64,000 nt of DNA, from NCBI GenBank assembly GCA_905236635.1, contig CAJOCJ010000005.1, positions 98,045 to 162,044 on the forward strand, given 5' to 3'. Source of the stretch: an uncultured Bacteroidales bacterium (GTDB taxonomy: Bacteria > Bacteroidota > Bacteroidia > Bacteroidales > F082). The position numbers were made by a program, and so were the translations under genes. Under the pieces are notes generated by a model. That model worked only from the letters and a program-made list of their open reading frames with translations, was not told the origin of the DNA and did no database searches. Shown one piece after another: positions 26,944 to 37,035 of the stretch; the first letter of the stretch is position 1, and each line of letters begins with the position of its first letter.

Positions 26944-29484
26944 ATGGATCAGAAGTTTTCACCAAGGGTTCAGGATATTATGCAGCATAGCCGTGAAGAG
27001 GCTGTGAATATGGGAAATCCGTATATCGGACTGGAGCACATTTTCCTTGGTATTGTTGATGATAAGGACAGTAACGCAGTCCAGATTTTGAGGAATCTGG
27101 GACTTGATATAGACGCGTTCCGCCAGAAACTTGAGGCGTCGGTTAAGACCAATAATGTGGTTTTGGGGAATACCGACAACCTCCCTTTGACCAAACAGGC
27201 CGAGCGTGCGCTTAAGTTCACATATATCGTGGCAAAAGATTTTAACAGCGAACTGGTGGCATCGGAACATCTGATGCTCGCAATCCTTCATGATGACAAT
27301 AATATTGTATCACAACGTCTTGAATATGAAGGAATTACATTTAACAAATATAAAAAAGAAGTTGAAAAGCTGACGCCAAACTATCCGGCTAACTGCAAAA
27401 ATGAGGATTTGACTCCGGAACCGAAAGACACGTTTATGGATGAGGACGAGGATGAGGAAACTCCTATCAAGACTACTGATAATCAGCAGAAAAAAGGAAA
27501 TACCAAGTCAAATACTCCTATTCTCGACAATTTCGGTCGTGATTTGACAAAAGCCGCCGAGGAAGGACGCCTTGACCCTATCGTCGGACGTGAGAAAGAA
27601 TTAGAAAGAATAGCCCAGATATTGAGCCGCCGTAAAAAGAATAACCCTATCCTCATCGGTGAGCCAGGCGTCGGAAAGTCAGCAATTGCTGAAGGTCTGG
27701 CACAGAGGATTGTGGAGCACAGGGTGTCGCGCACCTTGTACAACAAACGTATCATAGTGCTTGACCTTGGCTCTGTCGTGGCGGGAACGAAATACAGAGG
27801 ACAGTTTGAGGAGCGCATGAAAGGCATCCTCAACGAACTTGAGAAGAACCCCGACATCATCATCTTCATCGATGAGATCCACAATATCGTGGGAGCAGGC
27901 AACGCCAACGGTTCTCTCGACGCCTCTAACATGTTCAAGCCGGCCTTGGCCCGCGGCGTGCTGCAGTGCATAGGCGCAACCACATTGGACGAGTATCGCC
28001 AATATATAGAGAAAGACGGCGCCCTTGAACGTCGTTTCCAGAAAATACTGGTGGAGCCGACGAGTCCAGAAGAGACAATCCAGATTCTTACGAACATCAA
28101 AGGCCGCTATGAAGACCATCATCTGGTGAGATATTCGCCCGAAGCCATCGAGGCTTGTGTGAAGCTCACCAACCGTTATATCTCTGACCGCCATCTGCCT
28201 GACAAAGCCATCGACGCTTTGGACGAGGCTGGCGCCCGAGTGCATATTGGAAGCATCCACGTGCCAACCGAGATTATAGAGATGGAACACGCTCTCGAAG
28301 AGATTCGTCAAAACAAGAAACTCGCTATAAAAGAACAGCGTTTCGAGGACGCCGGACAACTCCGTGACCAGGAAAAGACGCTGGCCGAGAAACTCGAAAA
28401 CGCAAAGAGAGAATGGGACAAAGAGACTAACGGCCATCGTGAGACGGTGACAGAGCAAAACGTCGCTGAAGTCGTGGCTATGATGACAGGCGTGCCAGTA
28501 CAGCGCATCGCTCAGAACGAAGGCGACCGCCTGATGAGCATGGAATCGGAGCTCGCAGGCACCGTCATCGGACAGGATGAGGCGATAAAGAACGTGGTGA
28601 AGGCTATCAGAAGAAACAGAGCCGGACTGAAAGACCCTAACAGACCAATCGGAAGCTTCATCTTTCTCGGCCCTACCGGCGTCGGAAAGACCTATCTGGC
28701 AAAGGTTTTAGCAAAATATCTCTTCGACTCGGAAGATGCTTTGATAAGAATAGACATGAGCGAATACATGGAGAAATTCGCTGTTTCGAGACTCGTGGGA
28801 GCGCCTCCAGGATACGTCGGTTACGAAGAGGGCGGCCAGCTGACAGAAAAAGTTCGCCGTAAGCCCTACTCTATCGTGCTTTTGGACGAGATTGAGAAGG
28901 CACATCCTGACGTGTTCCATATCTTGTTACAGGTATTGGACGACGGCCAACTCACCGACTCTCTCGGCAGAAAGGTCGATTTCAAGAACACCATCGTCAT
29001 TATGACATCCAACATAGGTTCACGTCAGTTGAAGGACTTCGGACAAGGCGTAGGATTCGGCACACAGGCGAAGAAAGACTCGAAGGATACCGACAGTCGC
29101 GCCATCATCGAAAATGCCTTAAAACGCCAATTTGCGCCCGAATTCCTTAACAGAATCGACGAGGTGATTGTCTTCGACTCGCTGAACAAGGAAAGCATCA
29201 ACAAAATTATTGACATCGAGTTGAAGAACGTGTTTGAGCGCACCAAAGAGATGGGCTATGAACTGGAAATCACAGAAAAAGCTCGTAATTTCATCGTTGA
29301 AAAAGGCTGGGACGAACAATATGGAGCACGTCCGCTGAAGCGCGCCATCCAGAAATATGTGGAAGATGTCCTCGCCGAGGAAATCATCAAGAACAACCCA
29401 GAAAAAGGCGCAAAGATTGTCATTGATTACGACGACGACAAAAAGGAAATTTTCATCAATGAATCTAAAGGACAAGATCAATAA
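26944..29484 (+). CDS. clpC: ATP-dependent Clp protease ATP-binding subunit (ClpC-type)
   Basis: 846 aa with Clp_N repeats, two AAA+ modules (GEPGVGKSA, GPTGVGKT) and a short UVR-like middle domain (EQRFEDAGQLRDQEK). The short middle domain favours ClpC over ClpB. Confidence 0.9.
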   Translation: MDQKFSPRVQDIMQHSREEAVNMGNPYIGLEHIFLGIVDDKDSNAVQILRNLGLDIDAFRQKLEASVKTNNVVLGNTDNLPLTKQAERALKFTYIVAKDFNSELVASEHLMLAILHDDNNIVSQRLEYEGITFNKYKKEVEKLTPNYPANCKNEDLTPEPKDTFMDEDEDEETPIKTTDNQQKKGNTKSNTPILDNFGRDLTKAAEEGRLDPIVGREKELERIAQILSRRKKNNPILIGEPGVGKSAIAEGLAQRIVEHRVSRTLYNKRIIVLDLGSVVAGTKYRGQFEERMKGILNELEKNPDIIIFIDEIHNIVGAGNANGSLDASNMFKPALARGVLQCIGATTLDEYRQYIEKDGALERRFQKILVEPTSPEETIQILTNIKGRYEDHHLVRYSPEAIEACVKLTNRYISDRHLPDKAIDALDEAGARVHIGSIHVPTEIIEMEHALEEIRQNKKLAIKEQRFEDAGQLRDQEKTLAEKLENAKREWDKETNGHRETVTEQNVAEVVAMMTGVPVQRIAQNEGDRLMSMESELAGTVIGQDEAIKNVVKAIRRNRAGLKDPNRPIGSFIFLGPTGVGKTYLAKVLAKYLFDSEDALIRIDMSEYMEKFAVSRLVGAPPGYVGYEEGGQLTEKVRRKPYSIVLLDEIEKAHPDVFHILLQVLDDGQLTDSLGRKVDFKNTIVIMTSNIGSRQLKDFGQGVGFGTQAKKDSKDTDSRAIIENALKRQFAPEFLNRIDEVIVFDSLNKESINKIIDIELKNVFERTKEMGYELEITEKARNFIVEKGWDEQYGARPLKRAIQKYVEDVLAEEIIKNNPEKGAKIVIDYDDDKKEIFINESKGQDQ

Positions 29485-30928
29485 TAGATTTTTCAAGGTT
29501 ATAACCGCCGCGTCGCGTGAATTGGGATACGATTCATATATTGTTGGTGGCTATGTACGTGATTTGTTGTTGAAACGCCAATCCAATGATATTGATGTTG
29601 TTACGGTCGGCAGCGGAATAGAGTTGGCCAAGAAGACCGCCTCGTTGCTGCCTGGCAAGAAGCATGTGAAATATTACGGCAGGTTCGGCACTGCGATGAT
29701 CAACGTGGAAGGGCATGAGATAGAGTTTGTGGGAGCACGGAAAGAGTCGTATACCTCCGACAGCCGCAAGCCCACCTGCGAGAACGGCACCTTGGAAGAC
29801 GACCAGAACCGTCGTGACTTCACCATCAACGCGATGGCTATCTCATTGAACGAGAGAGACTTTGGCGAGCTCGTCGACCCGTTTAACGGAGTTCAAGACC
29901 TTGAAGATAAGATAATCCGTACGCCTTTAGATCCCGACATCACCTATTCCGACGACCCGTTACGCATGATGCGCGCCATCAGATTTGCAACACAGCTCCA
30001 TTTCATGATTGAGGCGGAATCGTTCGAGGCGATAAGACGTAACGCTCAGAGAATCAAGATAATATCGATGGAACGCGTCACCGAGGAGATGAACAAAATC
30101 ATCATGTCGGACGTGCCGAACATCGGTTTCAAACTCCTTGACAAGAGCGGTCTGATGCCTATCATCTTCCCGCAGATGGCGGCGTTGAAAGGCGTTGAGA
30201 TACAGGATGGTAAAGGACATAAAGACAACTTCTATCACACCTTGGAAGTGCTTGATAATGTGGCGAATAGCGGTGGAGACCTCTGGCTCAGATGGGCAGC
30301 GGTGCTGCACGACATCGCCAAGCCATTGACAAAGAGATTTGAGAAAGAAGCCGGCTGGACGTTCCACGGACACGAGGTGAAAGGCGCGAAGATGGTCCAT
30401 AAGATTTTCGCCAACTTCAAGCTTCCTCTCAACGAGAAGATGAAATATGTGGAGAAACTGGTTTATCTTCACCTCCGCCCTATCGTGCTGGCACAAGACA
30501 TCGTAACTGATTCAGCAGTAAGGCGTTTGCTCTTCGATGCAGGCGACGACATCGACGACCTGATGACATTATGCGATGCCGATATTACATCGAAAAATGA
30601 AGAGAAAAAGGCTCGTTTCCATAATAATTTCCAGATTGTACGCCAGAAATTGAAGGAGATTGAAGCGAAAGACCACCTGCGCAACTGGCAGCCACCAGTC
30701 GATGGCAAGGTCATCATGGAAACCTTCGGCATCCCCGAGAGCCGTGATGTCGGCGTGATCAAAACCGCCATCCGAGAAGCTATTCTTGATGGCATCATCG
30801 GCAACAATTTCGCTGAAGCATATCAATTTATGAAGGAAGAAGGCGCCAAGCTAGGCTTAAAAGTCGTGAAAGAGATTACCGAGCCTGTCGAAGTCAAGTC
30901 AAACGGACCAGTTCCAACGAAACAATAA
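29459..30928 (+). CDS. cca: CCA-adding tRNA nucleotidyltransferase / poly(A) polymerase-family protein with an HD domain
   Basis: GGYVRDLLL head-domain motif, RDFTINA, and an HD motif (LHDIAKP). I chose ATG 29459 (MNLKDKINNRFF). The ORF-track start at 29357 would overlap clpC by 128 nt. Confidence 0.8.
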   Translation: MNLKDKINNRFFKVITAASRELGYDSYIVGGYVRDLLLKRQSNDIDVVTVGSGIELAKKTASLLPGKKHVKYYGRFGTAMINVEGHEIEFVGARKESYTSDSRKPTCENGTLEDDQNRRDFTINAMAISLNERDFGELVDPFNGVQDLEDKIIRTPLDPDITYSDDPLRMMRAIRFATQLHFMIEAESFEAIRRNAQRIKIISMERVTEEMNKIIMSDVPNIGFKLLDKSGLMPIIFPQMAALKGVEIQDGKGHKDNFYHTLEVLDNVANSGGDLWLRWAAVLHDIAKPLTKRFEKEAGWTFHGHEVKGAKMVHKIFANFKLPLNEKMKYVEKLVYLHLRPIVLAQDIVTDSAVRRLLFDAGDDIDDLMTLCDADITSKNEEKKARFHNNFQIVRQKLKEIEAKDHLRNWQPPVDGKVIMETFGIPESRDVGVIKTAIREAILDGIIGNNFAEAYQFMKEEGAKLGLKVVKEITEPVEVKSNGPVPTKQ

Positions 30929-31833
30929 TGGCTAAGAAGCACCTCATAGTATTGGCAGGACCTACGGCCTCTGGAAAGACCGCGACAGCTATCAAACTTG
31001 CGGAGGCTTTTGAGACCGATATCATCAGTGCTGACAGCCGACAGTTTTACAAAGAATTATCCATTGGAACCGCCGCTCCTACGGAAGAGGAATTGAGCAG
31101 GACAAATCACTTTTTTGTACAGCATTTAAGCATTTTTGACAAATACGATGTCGCTGATTATGAGAAAGATGTGTTATTTGTCTTAAAGAATTACTTTAAG
31201 TTGCATGATTGCATCATTTTGACTGGCGGCTCGGGACTTTTTATCGATGCTGTATGCAACGGACTGGATGCCATACCGGATGTTTCTGATGACATTCGGA
31301 ATAAGGTTCAGAAGATATATGAAGATGGCGGTATAAAGACTTTACAGGATGAGGTGAAGAGAGTTGACAACGAATATTTCCAAATTGTAGACAAGCAGAA
31401 CCCACGACGTTTACAGCGCGCTTTAGAGGTGTTTTATCAGACTGGTAAGCCCTATTCCACTTTCAGGCAGAAAAACACGGCAGAACGCGATTTTGACATC
31501 ATAAAAGTGGCATTGTTGTGGGACAGGGACAAACTCATTGAGCGCATCAACAAACGCGTCGATATGATGATGAAGCAAGGACTTCTCGACGAGGTGAAGT
31601 CAGTTTATAAATATCGTCACCTAAACCCTTTAAATACTGTGGGTTACAAAGAATTGTTCGATTATCTTGACGGAAAATGCACACTGGAGCAGGCTGTTGA
31701 ACAAATTAAAATCAGCACACGGCAATACGCCAAGCGACAGATGACGTGGCTACGGAAAAATAATGATTATCAGTGGTTTACGATAGATCAGATTGATGAG
31801 ATGATCAAATATATTGCTTCAAATCTTTCTTGA
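30928..31833 (+). CDS. miaA: tRNA dimethylallyltransferase
   Basis: 301 aa. P-loop GPTASGKT, SADSRQFY motif. TAATG overlap with cca. Confidence 0.92.
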   Translation: MAKKHLIVLAGPTASGKTATAIKLAEAFETDIISADSRQFYKELSIGTAAPTEEELSRTNHFFVQHLSIFDKYDVADYEKDVLFVLKNYFKLHDCIILTGGSGLFIDAVCNGLDAIPDVSDDIRNKVQKIYEDGGIKTLQDEVKRVDNEYFQIVDKQNPRRLQRALEVFYQTGKPYSTFRQKNTAERDFDIIKVALLWDRDKLIERINKRVDMMMKQGLLDEVKSVYKYRHLNPLNTVGYKELFDYLDGKCTLEQAVEQIKISTRQYAKRQMTWLRKNNDYQWFTIDQIDEMIKYIASNLS

Positions 31834-32404
31834 GCTTTTCTGCATTCTCAAAGCGTAAGGCGTTGATACCGACGGCTTTAGCACCTTCCACATTTTTCAG
31901 GTTATCATCGATGAAGAGGGATTCTTCGGCTTTCAGATTGAATCTGTTTAGTAAAGTATGGAAAATCTCCGGATTAGGCTTCAGTTGCTTGACTTCACCC
32001 GAGACGACAATCTTATCGATTAGGCTGAAGATACGGTATGTTTTTTGCACTGTCGGGAAGGTCTCGGCCGACCAGTTGGTTAGTCCGTAAATGACAGGAA
32101 AACCATTCTCTTTCAATGACTTAATGAGATCGTACATCCCAGGTATCTCCTCTCCCATCGTGTCCATCCAGTTGGTCTGGTACAACTTGAGCGGCTCGGC
32201 GTATTTCGGGAACATGGCAGAGCGTTCTCTCACAGCCTGTTCGAACGGTTTTCCGCCGTCCATCTCGGCATTCCACTCGCTGTTACAGACGTTTTCGATG
32301 AAATAGTTTGACTCTTCGATGTCGTTGAAATACTTGTCGAAGAGATAATGAGGATTCCAATCCACCAGCACGCCGCCGAAGTCGAAGATTATGTTTTTTA
32401 TCAT
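31805..32404 (-). CDS. HAD-superfamily hydrolase (subfamily IA)
   Basis: 199 aa. The IIFDFGGVLV motif I and a FIDD motif. Its 3' end overlaps the miaA 3' end by 29 nt in convergent orientation. Confidence 0.85.
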   Translation of the reverse strand: MIKNIIFDFGGVLVDWNPHYLFDKYFNDIEESNYFIENVCNSEWNAEMDGGKPFEQAVRERSAMFPKYAEPLKLYQTNWMDTMGEEIPGMYDLIKSLKENGFPVIYGLTNWSAETFPTVQKTYRIFSLIDKIVVSGEVKQLKPNPEIFHTLLNRFNLKAEESLFIDDNLKNVEGAKAVGINALRFENAEKLKKDLKQYI

Positions 32405-32405
32405 T

Positions 32406-33089
32406 TTACAAAAATTTCAGTTGTTTTTTCCAGTATTTCCAATCAGGCATCATTTCTTCCATCAACGCATAAAAACCCGCTTGGTGGTTGAAATAGACAA
32501 GGTGACACATCTCGTGAATCATCACTTGTCGGATACAATTTTCCGGCAGTTTGATCAGCTGAAGATTCAGGCTTATGTTGCCTTTTCGCGAACAACTACC
32601 CCATCTTGACCGCATATCGCGGATGCCTATCTTTGAAGGCGTAACGCCGTATTTCTCGAACTGCTCTATAATTGGCTGAAGCAACTCGTTAAATACCGCC
32701 TTAGCCTGGTTTTTATACCATTTCTTCAGTTGAATTTCAACCAAATCCACAGATTTTACATTGACAATCAATAAGTTATCTTGTATCTCGACTGAGTTTT
32801 TCTTACTCTCTACGACTTTCAACTCATATTGTTGACCAAGATAGTAATGCAGCTCTCCAGAAGTGAACGTTTTCGTCTGATTATCAATGTTTTGCATCTT
32901 ATCATAATGATTCACCAACCATCTCCAGTGATGGTTTAGAAAGCTGATGATGTCACTTTCGCGGAACGACAGCGGAGCTCTCACCTCCACCACTCCGTCG
33001 CGACGAATCTTAGCGGTGATGCTTCTTCTGCGTGCCTTGACAAACTCGCAATTAAACGTTTTCTCGTTGATGGTAACGGTTTTTATCAT
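32406..33089 (-). CDS. YgjP-like (DUF45/M48-related) metal-dependent hydrolase
   Basis: 227 aa with a C-terminal HExxH motif (IHEMCHLVYFNH). Confidence 0.8.
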   Translation of the reverse strand: MIKTVTINEKTFNCEFVKARRRSITAKIRRDGVVEVRAPLSFRESDIISFLNHHWRWLVNHYDKMQNIDNQTKTFTSGELHYYLGQQYELKVVESKKNSVEIQDNLLIVNVKSVDLVEIQLKKWYKNQAKAVFNELLQPIIEQFEKYGVTPSKIGIRDMRSRWGSCSRKGNISLNLQLIKLPENCIRQVMIHEMCHLVYFNHQAGFYALMEEMMPDWKYWKKQLKFL

Positions 33090-33457
33090 AGTTTCGACAT
33101 AAACCGTTGGATGTCAACGATATATCTGATATGACTGCCTTCGCCAATGATGCCGTCGTCATCGCATGCCGACACTTTGAATGTTAGTTTTCGGCCATCG
33201 ATTTCCTCCAATATGGCGGTTGCTTTTATCGTGGCACCGAGTTTTGATGGCTTGATATGCGATGTGCTGATATGTGCGCCTACTGTTGTGGAACCATCCG
33301 GAAGATCATCGGCAACAGCTGTCATTGCTGCATTTTCCATAAGACCCACCATAGCAGGAGTGGCAAAGACGTCGATGCCGCCCGAACCATATTGTCTGGC
33401 GGTGTTGCTGTTATCGACGACAGTTGTTGAAGTATGCGTTAAACCTATTTTTAGCAT
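33086..33457 (-). CDS. hotdog-fold thioesterase family protein
   Basis: 123 aa. Its size and pattern (VFATPAMVGLMENAA...) resemble FlK/YbgC-like thioesterases. Confidence 0.7.
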   Translation of the reverse strand: MLKIGLTHTSTTVVDNSNTARQYGSGGIDVFATPAMVGLMENAAMTAVADDLPDGSTTVGAHISTSHIKPSKLGATIKATAILEEIDGRKLTFKVSACDDDGIIGEGSHIRYIVDIQRFMSKL

Positions 33458-33481
33458 TATTTCTCTTTGATTTAGAATGAA

Positions 33482-34504
33482 TTAAAGTAAATTCTTCAAG
33501 GCGGTTACAAAGCCCTTTATATCGTCTTCGGTGGTGTCGAATGAGCACATCCAGCGGACCACATCGTTGTCCATATCCCAGTCGTAGAAGAAATACTGCT
33601 TCTGAAGCTCCGTCCACACCTTACGAGGCAGCTTCACGAAGACTCCGTTGACTTGCACGTGATACATCACCTTAACTTGCGGGATATCCTTGACAGCATT
33701 ATATAAAAGCTGCGCCATCCTGTTGGAATGTTCAGCATTTCTGCGCCAGAGGTCGTCCTTGAAATATGCCTCGAACTGCACCGCAAGGAAACGCATCTTC
33801 GAGCAGAGCTGAAGTCCTTGTTTGCGACGGTATTTGTAGTCTTTCGCCAGTTCAGGATTCAGATAAACGACCGACTCCCCTATCATCAGGCCGTTTTTCG
33901 TGCCGCCGAACGACACCACATCGACGCCGACATCTGTTGTCATCTCTTTGAAGGTGCATCCCAATGCCACAGCGGCGTTGGCAAGACGGGCGCCATCGAC
34001 ATGCAGATACATGCCATATTCATGTGCCAATGTCGCTAAAGCCTTGATTTCGTCGATAGTATAGAGCGTTCCAAGTTCAGTGGATTGCGTTATCGTTATC
34101 GCTTTCGGCTGAGAATGATGCTCAAAGCCGAATCCATGCAGACGTGTCTTCACCAGTTCTGGAGTGAGTTTGCCATCGGGAGTATCGACAGTAAGCAGGC
34201 GGCATCCGACTATTCGTTGTGGTGCTCCGCATTCATCGACGTTGACGTGAGCAGTCTCGGCACACACCACAGCCTCATGCGAGCGTACCATAGCGTCGAT
34301 TGCCATAGTGTTGGCACCTGTGCCATTAAACACAAACGACACAACTGCCTGATTGCCAAAGTGTTGCTTAAACAACTGCTCTACTCTGGCGCAATATTCA
34401 TCGTCGCCGTAAGCCAAGGCGTGGTCGACATTGGCATCGGCAATGGCTTTCAAGACTTCCGGACAGATGCCCGAATGGTTGTCACTTCCGAATCCTCTTT
34501 TCAT
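33482..34504 (-). CDS. ltaE: low-specificity L-threonine aldolase (PLP, beta-eliminating lyase family)
   Basis: 340 aa. SDNHSG start region and a GGTKNG lysine motif. Confidence 0.85.
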   Translation of the reverse strand: MKRGFGSDNHSGICPEVLKAIADANVDHALAYGDDEYCARVEQLFKQHFGNQAVVSFVFNGTGANTMAIDAMVRSHEAVVCAETAHVNVDECGAPQRIVGCRLLTVDTPDGKLTPELVKTRLHGFGFEHHSQPKAITITQSTELGTLYTIDEIKALATLAHEYGMYLHVDGARLANAAVALGCTFKEMTTDVGVDVVSFGGTKNGLMIGESVVYLNPELAKDYKYRRKQGLQLCSKMRFLAVQFEAYFKDDLWRRNAEHSNRMAQLLYNAVKDIPQVKVMYHVQVNGVFVKLPRKVWTELQKQYFFYDWDMDNDVVRWMCSFDTTEDDIKGFVTALKNLL

Positions 34505-34524
34505 TTTTTATTTGATTTAAAGTG

Positions 34525-34532
34525 CAAAAATA
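34525..34532 (-). promoter_or_regulatory. -7 box (TAnnTTTG)
   Basis: The reverse complement is TATTTTTG, 20 nt upstream of the ltaE ATG. Confidence 0.6.
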
Positions 34533-34543
34533 AAAAAATATCG

Positions 34544-34551
34544 TAAATTTG
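34544..34551 (+). promoter_or_regulatory. -7 box (TAnnTTTG)
   Basis: TAAATTTG lies 20 nt upstream of the pncB ATG. Confidence 0.6.
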
Positions 34552-34571
34552 CAGAAAAATTTAAGCAAATT

Positions 34572-36050
34572 ATGGATTTGAACATTTCGTATTGCTCCGA
34601 CAAGTACCAGTACACAATGGGTAAGTCATTCTATGACAATGGGATGCAAAACAAACGAGCTATTTTTAATCTTTTTTACCGCAAGGCTCCTGACACCAAC
34701 AACTGGGCGGTGGTCAGCGGCGTGCGTGAAGTTTTGAAGATGGTCGAAGGTCTTGGGAAAGCCCCTGAGAGTTTCTTCGAGCAGTTTCTGCCTGGCGAGG
34801 AATACGCTGAGGTGCGCAAATATTTCGCCAAGATGAAGTTTACGGGCAACATTTACGCCATGCGCGAGGGCGAGATAGCATTTCCGAAACAGCCTATCAT
34901 CACCATTGAAGGACCTATCATCGAGGCGCAAGTGCTTGAGACTCCAATGCTTTGCATCATGAACCATCAGATGGCGGTGGCTACCAAGGCGTCGCGTGTG
35001 ACACGTAGCACCAACAAACCTGTCAGCGAGTTTGGAAGCCGTCGCGCCCATGGTCCGTGGGCTGCAATCTACGGCGGCAAGGCGGCATACATAGGAGGAT
35101 GCGCCAACACTTCTAACATCGCTACGGGAGTGGAGTTTGGCTTTCCGTCATCGGGAACAATGGCACATAGCTACGTCACCTCTTTCGGCGCGACGGTAAA
35201 AGGCGAATATGAAGCGTTCGACAAATATATCAAGACACATAAAAACGAGATATTGATACTACTCGTTGACACATACGACACCCTGCGTTGCGGCCTGAAA
35301 AACGCCATCAAGGCATTCAAGGCCAACGGCATTGACGACTCCTACCCTTACGGCTACGGCATCCGACTCGACAGCGGCGACTTGACATATCTCTCCATCC
35401 ACGCCCGCGAGATGCTCGACAAGGCCGGCCTGAAAAACTGTAAGATATTCGCCACCAATGCGTTAGACGAATACCTTATCACCGAGCTGGAGCGTCAGGG
35501 CTGCATGGTCGACAGCTACGGCGTGGGCGACGCCATCGCGACAAGCAAACACAACCCTTGTTTCGGAAACGTCTATAAACTCGTGCAAGTCGATGACATG
35601 CCGGTGTTGAAACGCTCCGAGGAAAGCAGCAAGCTCATCAACCCGGGCTTCCAAATCACGTATCGTATCATAAGAAACAACAAATTCAAAATCGATGTCA
35701 CATGTCTGCGCGGCGACAAGCTTGCACAAGCCATTGAGAATCATGAGGAGATAACTCTTCGTGACGAGAACGACAGACTGAAATCGACCACCTTCCCGGC
35801 AGGAAAATACGAGTTCAGAGTGTTGCAGCCGCAGGTTATGAAAGACGGCAAGGTGATTCTCGAGGACATCCCGATCCAAGAGAAACGCGCGTATTACCTT
35901 GATAATCTTGAACATCTCGACGAGACCGAGAAACGTCTCATCAACCCGCATTACTACAAATGCGACATCTCGGATGACCTTTACGACTTGAAGGAAAGAC
36001 TCATCACCAATATCGTGAAAGAGATTGAAGAACTCGAAAACGAAGACTGA
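34572..36050 (+). CDS. pncB: nicotinate phosphoribosyltransferase
   Basis: 492 aa. DKYQYTM start, FGSRRAHG, SGTMAHS and RLDSGD motifs. Confidence 0.9.
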   Translation: MDLNISYCSDKYQYTMGKSFYDNGMQNKRAIFNLFYRKAPDTNNWAVVSGVREVLKMVEGLGKAPESFFEQFLPGEEYAEVRKYFAKMKFTGNIYAMREGEIAFPKQPIITIEGPIIEAQVLETPMLCIMNHQMAVATKASRVTRSTNKPVSEFGSRRAHGPWAAIYGGKAAYIGGCANTSNIATGVEFGFPSSGTMAHSYVTSFGATVKGEYEAFDKYIKTHKNEILILLVDTYDTLRCGLKNAIKAFKANGIDDSYPYGYGIRLDSGDLTYLSIHAREMLDKAGLKNCKIFATNALDEYLITELERQGCMVDSYGVGDAIATSKHNPCFGNVYKLVQVDDMPVLKRSEESSKLINPGFQITYRIIRNNKFKIDVTCLRGDKLAQAIENHEEITLRDENDRLKSTTFPAGKYEFRVLQPQVMKDGKVILEDIPIQEKRAYYLDNLEHLDETEKRLINPHYYKCDISDDLYDLKERLITNIVKEIEELENED

Positions 36051-36523
36051 TGGCACAAGAGATTGAACGGAAGTTTTTGATCGCAGGTGATTACAAATCA
36101 GAGGCTTATGCTTCGGTGAGAATCACTCAAGGGTATCTCAGCAGGGTGCCCGACCGGGTGGTTCGTGTAAGGATTAAAGGCGACAAAGGCTTCATCACCA
36201 TCAAAGGTACGACCAACGACACTGGGTTGTCGCGTTTCGAGTGGGAAAAAGAGATTCCACTTGTCGAGGCGCAGGCGTTGCTGAAGATGGCTGAGCCAGG
36301 TGTTATTGATAAAACACGTCATCTCATTAAGAATACAGACGGCAAACACATCTGGGAAGTCGATGAGTTTCATGGCGACAACGAAGGCCTCGTTGTGGCT
36401 GAAATCGAGCTGGAAAATGAGAATGACCTCTTCGACAAACCGAGTTGGCTTGGCAAAGAGGTCACCGGCGACCTAAAATACTACAATTCGTATTTATCGG
36501 AGAAACCGTTTAAGCTGTGGTAA
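36050..36523 (+). CDS. CYTH-domain protein (triphosphate tunnel metalloenzyme)
   Basis: 157 aa with the EIERKFL (ExExK) signature. TGATG overlap with pncB. Confidence 0.85.
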   Translation: MAQEIERKFLIAGDYKSEAYASVRITQGYLSRVPDRVVRVRIKGDKGFITIKGTTNDTGLSRFEWEKEIPLVEAQALLKMAEPGVIDKTRHLIKNTDGKHIWEVDEFHGDNEGLVVAEIELENENDLFDKPSWLGKEVTGDLKYYNSYLSEKPFKLW

Positions 36524-36985
36524 TTATATCTGCTTCAGCAGATTCACCATCTCGATGGCGGTTGTAACTGCTTCAAAGCCTTTGTTTCCGGCTTTTGAGC
36601 CTGCGCGTTCGACGGCCTGCTCAATGCTGTCTGTGGTCAAAACGCCAAAGATCACTGGCACTTCGGTCTGGAGGCCTACTTGAGCGATGCCTTTAGTGGC
36701 TTCGTTTGCGACCATGTCGAAATGTGGTGTTGCGCCGCGGATGACAGCGCCAAGGCATATAACAGCGTCGTATTTCTTGCTTAATGCCATCTTCTTTGCC
36801 ACGAGCGGAATTTCGAAAGCGCCTGGAACCCAAGCGACATCAATGTTTTTCTCGTCGCCGCCGTGACGTTTGAAAGCGTCGATAGCGCCGCCAAGCAGCT
36901 TGTTGGTGATGATTTCATTGAAACGGCCGGCCACGATAGCGATCTTCTGGCCCTGTGCCAATAGTTTTCCTTCTAATGTTTTCAT
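36524..36985 (-). CDS. ribH: 6,7-dimethyl-8-ribityllumazine synthase
   Basis: 153 aa. [18 protein letters not shown] and GATPHFD motifs. Confidence 0.95.
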   Translation of the reverse strand: MKTLEGKLLAQGQKIAIVAGRFNEIITNKLLGGAIDAFKRHGGDEKNIDVAWVPGAFEIPLVAKKMALSKKYDAVICLGAVIRGATPHFDMVANEATKGIAQVGLQTEVPVIFGVLTTDSIEQAVERAGSKAGNKGFEAVTTAIEMVNLLKQI

Positions 36986-37035
36986 TTTACTTATGTTTAA
37001 ATTGTTAATATTTCTTTTTCAATCGAATACCAAGT

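Noticed and set aside
27483-28458. Minus-strand ORFs of 205 aa and 259 aa inside clpC, with similar ones inside gyrA, uvrB, bcd, crt and the HdrD-like gene.
   Set aside because: All are embedded antisense to confidently identified genes and are typical high-GC3 shadow ORFs.
29357-29458. An N-terminal extension of the cca ORF overlapping clpC by 128 nt.
   Set aside because: The extension is a basic, low-complexity read of the clpC 3' end in another frame. The conserved nucleotidyltransferase N-terminus begins at ATG 29459.
26944-29484. An alternative call of the 846-aa AAA+ protein as ClpB.
   Set aside because: The middle region between the two AAA+ modules is short and contains a UVR-like motif, as in ClpC. 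ClpB has a much longer coiled-coil M-domain. This remains a motif-based judgement.
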